Shown here: positions 58,203-64,000 of the stretch, piece after piece
How positions within the stretch are numbered: the first letter of the stretch is position 1
How the letters are laid out: each line of letters starts with the position of its first letter
NCBI GenBank assembly: GCA_038141705.1
Contig: JAYQIQ010000004.1
Location: 423,179 to 487,178, forward strand
Direction of reading: 5' to 3'
DNA from: Candidatus Eutrophomonas brisbanensis
Lineage (GTDB): Bacteria; Pseudomonadota; Gammaproteobacteria; Burkholderiales; Eutrophovitaceae
DNA length: 64,000 nucleotides
Notes under the pieces: generated by a model
What the model saw: the letters and a program-made list of their open reading frames with translations, nothing else
Told to the model about the DNA's origin: nothing
Database searches by the model: none
Translations under genes and position numbers: made by a program

Positions 58203-58314
58203 AAAATAAAATTACAAATAACCACCAACGTGAATTTAAAAGAAGATTTTTATAAATTTTTGTGATAAGGAAAAATTCACAAAAAGAAAAGACGAACTAT
58301 CTTGGTGCAAAAAA

Positions 58315-58360
58315 ATTTACACAGAGCAAATTTGAGTTCATCCACAAAATCTGTGGATAA
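58315..58360. promoter_or_regulatory. DnaA-box cluster in an AT-rich spacer
   Basis: Perfect TGTGGATAA at 58352-58360; TCATCCACA at 58338-58346 and ATTTACACA at 58315-58323 (one mismatch each to TTWTNCACA). Confidence 0.6.
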
Positions 58361-58476
58361 GATCATCAACCATTCAAACTTGTGAACGTACACCGGTTTT
58401 GATGATTGAGTTTTGTTATTCGTGCTTAAAAATTAATCAGTCGAAAAAAGAATTTAATGAACAAATTTAATTACTT

Positions 58477-59655
58477 ATGAGAATAACTAACATTGAGGCC
58501 ATTCCGTTAGAAGTTGAACTCAATAAAACAGTGTTCGACGCGAACTACACGATGAAGAACAAGCCCGCCTTATTGGTAAAAGTTTTTACAGATGAGGGAG
58601 TTGTTGGAATTGGCGAGGCCGCGCATTTTGGCGGGCCGATGGCGTCTACAGCGCAAGTAATTGAACATGAACTAAAAGAGTACCTCATTGGTTTAGATCC
58701 AACTCAAAATGAATATATTTGGGATGTGATGCATAAGCGCGCGTACAAACATGCGCGAGGCGGAATTGTCATTGCCGCTATCAGCGGGATTGATATTGCG
58801 CTTTGGGATATTAAGGGAAAAATTGCTGGGCAGCCTGTTTGGAAATTACTAGGCGGTTATAGAAAGCGAGTACCTGCTTACGCAACAGGTGGCTTTTATT
58901 CGGAAGGAAAAGATTTAAAGCAATTAAGCATGGAAATGCAGCAATACATTGATGCTGGTTTTCGCGCAGTTAAGATGAAAGTCGGAAGAAACAGTGCAAT
59001 CGAAATGTCTCCATTAAGAGTAACTGGTGATCGCGGCATAGCGGAGGTTAGTCATGAGGAAGATATTCAACGCGTCAAAACCGTCAGAGATACGATTGGC
59101 CCTAACATTCGTTTGGCGATTGATGCAAATGGTGCTTGGGATGTTGGAACCGCAATTTCGATGGCTAACAAGTTAGAAAAATACGACATATATTGGTTGG
59201 AAGAACCCATTTCCCCAGATGACATTTCAGGAAGCGCAGAAGTAGCTAGCAAAGTAAACATACCGATCGCCGGATATGAAACCTGTAGTTATGGGATTGT
59301 TGATTTTTCCCGATATATCAACGCAAGAGCTATCCATTTCGCACAACCTGATGTTGCTTGGGCGGGCGGTTTAACGGAATCTATGAAGATCGCTCACCTC
59401 GCTCTTTCGGCAAATATGCCAGTGGCACCACATATACATGGCTCCGCGGTCGCGGTCGCCGCTGGATTGCACTACCTGGGCGCGATAAGAAACGGAAGTA
59501 TGGCGGAAACCGTGTTCCCCGCGCATCCGTTAATGACCGATTTAGTTCAAGATCCTTTAACGGTTTGCTCGAAGACTGGAGAAATTGAACTACCCGATAC
59601 CCCAGGACTGGGAATTGAGTTAAATGAGAAAGTTGTGAATCGTTACAAAGCCTAA
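58477..59655 (+). CDS. Mandelate racemase/muconate-lactonizing (enolase superfamily) enzyme
   Basis: GIGEA, ISGIDIALWDIKGK, KMK, IDAN, WLEEP, AGYE, QPD, APH. Confidence 0.92.
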   Translation: MRITNIEAIPLEVELNKTVFDANYTMKNKPALLVKVFTDEGVVGIGEAAHFGGPMASTAQVIEHELKEYLIGLDPTQNEYIWDVMHKRAYKHARGGIVIAAISGIDIALWDIKGKIAGQPVWKLLGGYRKRVPAYATGGFYSEGKDLKQLSMEMQQYIDAGFRAVKMKVGRNSAIEMSPLRVTGDRGIAEVSHEEDIQRVKTVRDTIGPNIRLAIDANGAWDVGTAISMANKLEKYDIYWLEEPISPDDISGSAEVASKVNIPIAGYETCSYGIVDFSRYINARAIHFAQPDVAWAGGLTESMKIAHLALSANMPVAPHIHGSAVAVAAGLHYLGAIRNGSMAETVFPAHPLMTDLVQDPLTVCSKTGEIELPDTPGLGIELNEKVVNRYKA

Positions 59656-59677
59656 CAACAGGTGAACAATATCAGTC

Positions 59678-61149
59678 CTATTCTTTTGGCTTCCACTCAC
59701 GAGACTCTTGTTGCGCCCGCTTTAAATCATTGTCTTCAAGTTTTGAGGCAACATAATTTCTAAGCTTTTCAGCATCCTCCCGCTCTAATCCAGTAAGCGT
59801 CGACGCAGCCAAGTTGCTCCAAACATAAGCCCGCTTTAGGTCCTTAGAAACACCAACTCCGTCAAAATAGAACCATGCTAAGCGGTACTGCGCTCGAGCC
59901 TCTCCACGCTCGGCTGAAATTTGATAATAATTAGCTGCCCGCTTTGCATCTTTCGCGATGCCTTTCCCTTCATCGAGCATGTAACCCACTAGGTACTGCA
60001 CATACGGGCTACTACTTTCAACGATTTGGCTGTACCACTTATAGGCTCGAGCGAAGTCAACCGCCACTCCATCCCCACCAAAGAAAAAGATTGACCCAAG
60101 GGTCTCTTTCGCTGGCAAGTAGCCAGCACCGGCGGATTTTTCGAACCATTCAACTGATGATTTCAGATTTTTAGAGTACCGATACCATTTTGCAAACAAT
60201 ATCCGAGCATATACTTTGACTGCGGGTCGTTGAGCTCGGCCGCTTTCGAAAACCACTTAAACGCAGCAGATTCGTTCTTCTCCACTACCGATCCCTCGAA
60301 GTAGATCCAAGCTAACTGAGCGTAAACAGCATCGACGCCCTGATCGGCTGCCTGCACCAAATATTTAACTGCCTGACCTCGGCTCTTAGCTCGATCGTCG
60401 CCGGTTAACATCAAAAGCCCCAAACTCCCCGCAGCCTGCGCGTTGCCTTGCTTGGCGGCTAGCTCATAGAACTCGGCAGCTTTCTTCAAGTCAACTTTCA
60501 CCCCTTGGCCATTTTGATACATCCAACCGACCGCATACTGCGGATACGCCCTTCCGGCCTTGGCTGCTTTCTCATACCAAGTGAATGCATCTTTGTAATT
60601 TTTTTCACCTGATATCCCTGAAAATGCAAAGTATCCGACCATTTCTTGAGAATCGATGTCTCCAGATTTTGCTGCAATTAAGTAAAAATCCAGAGCCTTC
60701 CCAATATTTTTCTTCAGACCATCGGCACCCTTAAAGTATAAAGCTGCTGTAAGCTTGGCAGCATCAAGATCACCCGATTGACCAGCTTTTCCAAACCATA
60801 GAGCTGCCTTCGAAAAATCTTGATTCACATACTTTCCAGAGTAATACATGTTGCCGAGCATATTTTGCGCTTGCACGTAACCCTGATTCGCAGACTTCTC
60901 ATACCATCTTATAGATTCGGAAAAATCCTGAAGCACACCTCGCCCATGAAAAAAACTTTCGGCTAAATAAAACTGCCCCTCAGCACTTCCCTTTTCTGCG
61001 GACGAGCGAAACTCAGAGGTTGCTAAATCATAGTTCTCGTCTTTCAAGGCCCTTTTGCCAGCCTCAATATCCGCCAGAGAATTAAAGGGCAATAGGACCC
61101 CAGCAAAAACCAACAGGAGCAAAGATTTACTATTTATTAATTTCAACAT
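59678..61149 (-). CDS. Secreted Sel1-like repeat protein (11 repeats); -1 frameshift at 60168-60172
   Basis: Signal peptide and repeated AQ..LG..Y..G.G...D...A..W...AA..G units. One extra A joins ORFs 60163..61158 and 59678..60256 in the middle of repeat 8. Confidence 0.9.
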
Positions 61150-61245
61150 TCCAACCATCCGGCCAACACAAAATTAGACACTGCAATCTCAGGGGCGCTA
61201 CCAAGCACCACCACGTGTACACAATCGAGAGAATAAAATAACGTT

Positions 61246-61266
61246 GACTTGAAGATAGATCAAGTC
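61246..61266 (-). terminator. Putative intrinsic terminator after the VWA gene
   Basis: GACTTGA-N7-TCAAGTC stem followed by a T-rich tract on the minus strand. Confidence 0.45.
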
Positions 61267-61270
61267 CGTC

Positions 61271-63847
61271 TTACTTTCTATATCTTTCCCACAGAATCGG
61301 AGAGCGCCGAATAAATATATCCGCAAGATAAAGAAGAATCGCTAATGCGATTAGATATACCCATACCGGAGACTTGGTATCCAGCTTTTCATCGACCCGG
61401 AAAACTTCGTCAGAAACAGGTGAAACCTTGCCGCCCGTGGTATCAGCAATAAGTCCAAGTAGCTCCTGGTTTGTGCCGGAGAATCGGTATTCCAGAGGAT
61501 AACCAGGGAATACCGTTCTGGAACCGGCCATGTCCGCCATTTGCTCTGTTATTTGATCAGAAACCACGAGAGCCCCAGAAATCGCCATATTCCCAAGAGG
61601 CAACTCAATTTCGTAACGCCCCGGAGCGACCTGTGGCATCTCCCAGATATCTTCTGAATCACCGGTTCTTGTTCGCAAATTTGGGCTTAAGTTATTCAAG
61701 AACCTACCATCGAAATCCAGGAGAGTCAGAGAGAAACGAGCACTAGCTCCATTCTGAGAAACGTCAAAAAAGACGGTATCCGAACCCAGTTGCTTCAGTG
61801 AATCCCTCGTCAACTGCGCCCAAAACTTTCCGTACCCATCCCAATTCATCCAATCAGCGGACCATCTATTTTTCACATCAGAAGAAAACATGAATACCTT
61901 ACCTAGTCCATATTGCCATCGGGTCAACAACGGTGAACCATCCTGGGTCGCGAGTACAACCTCCGCTGTGTCCTTTTCCTTGACAGCAATGTGACCCTTG
62001 AGAGCGGGAGCATCTGCGAATGCAATTCCACTCAAAGCTTGGGTTGGCTGCTTTACGACGGTGAGTATTTGCTCTTCCACCAAACTGGTACCAACCACTT
62101 TTTGTGTTTCCTCGGTAAAAATTTGAGGTATTGATTCTGCAGAGAGCGCCATATAGTTGCGGCCATTTCCCCAATCCGATATTTGCTTCATCAACCCTGG
62201 ATTTCCGCCTTCACCGATCGGGACCGTCGAAATCACAATATGCTTCTCACGCATTCTTTCGATAAGGCTCTCGAATTCAGCGGGAGCGGTATCCCCATCT
62301 GACAAAAGTATGACGTGTTTTGTGGGAGCCTCAACATCTTTAAGCAATCGGTAAACAATACCTAAGGCAGGATAAATATTTGTCTGACCACTAGCCTGAA
62401 TTCTGCTGATTAGTGCCTCCGCTTTGCGCTTAGATTTCACTGGCTGGAGGGGAACTGGAACATAAGGCTGAGAATCGAAAGCTACAACACCAAACTGATG
62501 CTGCTCTTCCAAAAGATCAAGAGATGCACGAGCTGCTTCCTTTGCATACTCAATCTTTCTTCCCTTCATACTATAGGAACGATCGATAGCTATTACGAGA
62601 GCCAATTCCTTTTTCTTCTCTTGCGCCTTAAATTCTGCTGGAAGCAATTCCTCCAGAATCGAGTCGGAATACCCTTCCTCTCCGAAGGTATTTTCCCCTC
62701 CCGCAAACACGAGACCTCCCCCATAATCGCGAACGAAAGAGCGAATATCCTTCATGGAAGAAACCGGTAACGCAGTCGCCAGCACATCAGAAAGAATAAC
62801 GGTGTCGAACCTCTTGAGACCGTCTAGTGATGGCAGCCTATTCGCCGATCCAAGTTCAACCTCAAAACCAGCACTCTCTAGCGCAGCTTGGAGGTATTTG
62901 TTTGTGTCCTCGATCCCCTCGACGTAAAGCACTTTTGCCTTTTTCTCTACCCAAACACCGAGCTTCTGAGCATTATTCTCCAGGAACTCATCTCCATCCA
63001 TTGTTATTTCCACCGATAAATTCACATCACCCGGAGTCGGAAATGAAGCAGTGAGCACTATCTCGTTTAAACCAGTTTGAACTTGGAATTTTTGGGTGAG
63101 GATATTTTTTTCCTCTGACGCCAAAGATAGCGTGAGGGAACCATCTCTGGGGCTATAGAGTCGCGCAAGAATACTGACTGGCTCGGCAGCTCTAATCCTT
63201 TTAGGCAAGCGAACACTCTCTATCCATGCGTCACTTACCTCGATGGAGTCGGCTACCATCGGAAAAATTTTTGTGTTCGATCGCTTCGCAATGTCTAAAA
63301 CATTCACAACCGAACCGTCGGTTTCATTTCCATCGGTGAATAATACGATTCGATTAGCTTTGTTTTTTCCGAGGGATGCTAACGATTCATCAAGCGCAGA
63401 TTCAATGTTTGTGCCGGATTGCTCGATAAAATTTTCCGATAAGGTGTTAGCATCGGCACCTGAATCCAGCACAGACAAGGTCTTTGCCTCATCTAAATCT
63501 CGCACTACTGCACTATTTTTTCCAAAAACGACAATATTTGATGAAGCAGGTTTAAATTTTCCTTGAGCTCCAGCGATCCAAGAAAAGGCTTTTTCTACGT
63601 AGTCTGGACTAACACTCCTTGACACATCAACCATGTACGAGACCGAAACATCGTCCCCACCTAATCTAAAATTTGGCTGCGCAGTAGCTAACGCGATCAA
63701 CACCAGAATTGCAGCCCGCATGAGGGTCATGATTCGTTTGTGTCGTAACGCGATCGCCAACTTACTGAACCGTGCAATAAGCCAGAGAATACCGATCAGC
63801 GGTATTAACAGCAGAGCGAGAGGATTATCAAAGGTCAGTATTTCCAC
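61271..63847 (-). CDS. Membrane-anchored double-VWA protein with glutamine-amidotransferase-like segments (MoxR/Bat-type partner)
   Basis: N-terminal TM hairpin; MIDAS-1 DVSRS..TN..TDG; Ig-like linker ending ENN; GGGLVFAGG; MIDAS-2 DRSYS..TN..SDG; WQYGLGK; C-terminal TM with ADIFIRR. Confidence 0.85.
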   Translation of the reverse strand: MEILTFDNPLALLLIPLIGILWLIARFSKLAIALRHKRIMTLMRAAILVLIALATAQPNFRLGGDDVSVSYMVDVSRSVSPDYVEKAFSWIAGAQGKFKPASSNIVVFGKNSAVVRDLDEAKTLSVLDSGADANTLSENFIEQSGTNIESALDESLASLGKNKANRIVLFTDGNETDGSVVNVLDIAKRSNTKIFPMVADSIEVSDAWIESVRLPKRIRAAEPVSILARLYSPRDGSLTLSLASEEKNILTQKFQVQTGLNEIVLTASFPTPGDVNLSVEITMDGDEFLENNAQKLGVWVEKKAKVLYVEGIEDTNKYLQAALESAGFEVELGSANRLPSLDGLKRFDTVILSDVLATALPVSSMKDIRSFVRDYGGGLVFAGGENTFGEEGYSDSILEELLPAEFKAQEKKKELALVIAIDRSYSMKGRKIEYAKEAARASLDLLEEQHQFGVVAFDSQPYVPVPLQPVKSKRKAEALISRIQASGQTNIYPALGIVYRLLKDVEAPTKHVILLSDGDTAPAEFESLIERMREKHIVISTVPIGEGGNPGLMKQISDWGNGRNYMALSAESIPQIFTEETQKVVGTSLVEEQILTVVKQPTQALSGIAFADAPALKGHIAVKEKDTAEVVLATQDGSPLLTRWQYGLGKVFMFSSDVKNRWSADWMNWDGYGKFWAQLTRDSLKQLGSDTVFFDVSQNGASARFSLTLLDFDGRFLNNLSPNLRTRTGDSEDIWEMPQVAPGRYEIELPLGNMAISGALVVSDQITEQMADMAGSRTVFPGYPLEYRFSGTNQELLGLIADTTGGKVSPVSDEVFRVDEKLDTKSPVWVYLIALAILLYLADIFIRRSPILWERYRK

Positions 63848-63864
63848 GAATCAGGTTCTCTACG

Positions 63865-64000
63865 TTATTGCGTGACACGCCGGTGGAATAAGGTCCAATC
63901 AATCACAAGCAAGCTAAACGCTAAGAGACAGAGAATAACGGCCAGCGAAAAACCACCAGACAGATTTGGAGCGGTTAAATCTGCAGCTACGACTCTCGAA
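63865..64000 (-). CDS. C-terminal fragment of an upstream gene (probable BatA/VWA-type membrane protein)
   Basis: Hand translation ..GGFSLAVILCLLAFSLLVIDWTLFHRRVTQ*: a TM helix plus a (D/E)W..RR tail like that of the adjacent VWA protein. Truncated by the window edge. Confidence 0.6.
   Translation of the reverse strand, partial: SRVVAADLTAPNLSGGFSLAVILCLLAFSLLVIDWTLFHRRVTQ

Noticed and set aside
58203-58476. Calling this spacer oriC
   Set aside because: Few boxes, no origin-linked genes and no visible strand-bias switch. It is kept only as a DnaA-box finding.

Overview
Chromosomal DNA from a Betaproteobacterium-like organism (Burkholderiales sensu lato), moderate GC (mid-40s % by eye, not computed). 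The lineage call is inferred from gene order and RpoB/RpoC/r-protein sequence. Positions 1-19.7 kb hold housekeeping and metabolic genes: lutAB, IclR, pbpG, an ATM1-type ABC exporter, nadA, nudB, aspS, FmdB, a divergent GDPD, a fused indolepyruvate oxidoreductase, TusA, HMA-MauE, ssb, MFS and uvrA. Positions 19.7-51.7 kb hold the minus-strand core cluster: alpha, spc, S10 and str operons, rpoBC, rplJL, rplKA, nusG, secE, two tuf copies and tRNA-Trp/Thr/Gly/Tyr. Positions 51.9-64 kb are an accessory-looking block with two enolase-superfamily enzymes, RidA, alkaline phosphatase, a membrane ORFan, two tandem LarA-superfamily proteins, an AT-rich spacer with DnaA boxes, a Sel1-repeat protein and a double-VWA membrane protein. 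At least 10 single-base indels, nearly all in homopolymer runs, break genes that include essential ones (aspS, rplV, rplW, rplL). One tuf copy carries an opal stop. This pattern most likely reflects an unpolished long-read consensus. The best candidate for an undescribed system is the tandem LarA-superfamily pair with its neighbouring enolases, a putative nickel-pincer-dependent 2-hydroxy-acid epimerisation and catabolism module. No CRISPR array, rRNA, integrase or transposase was seen.
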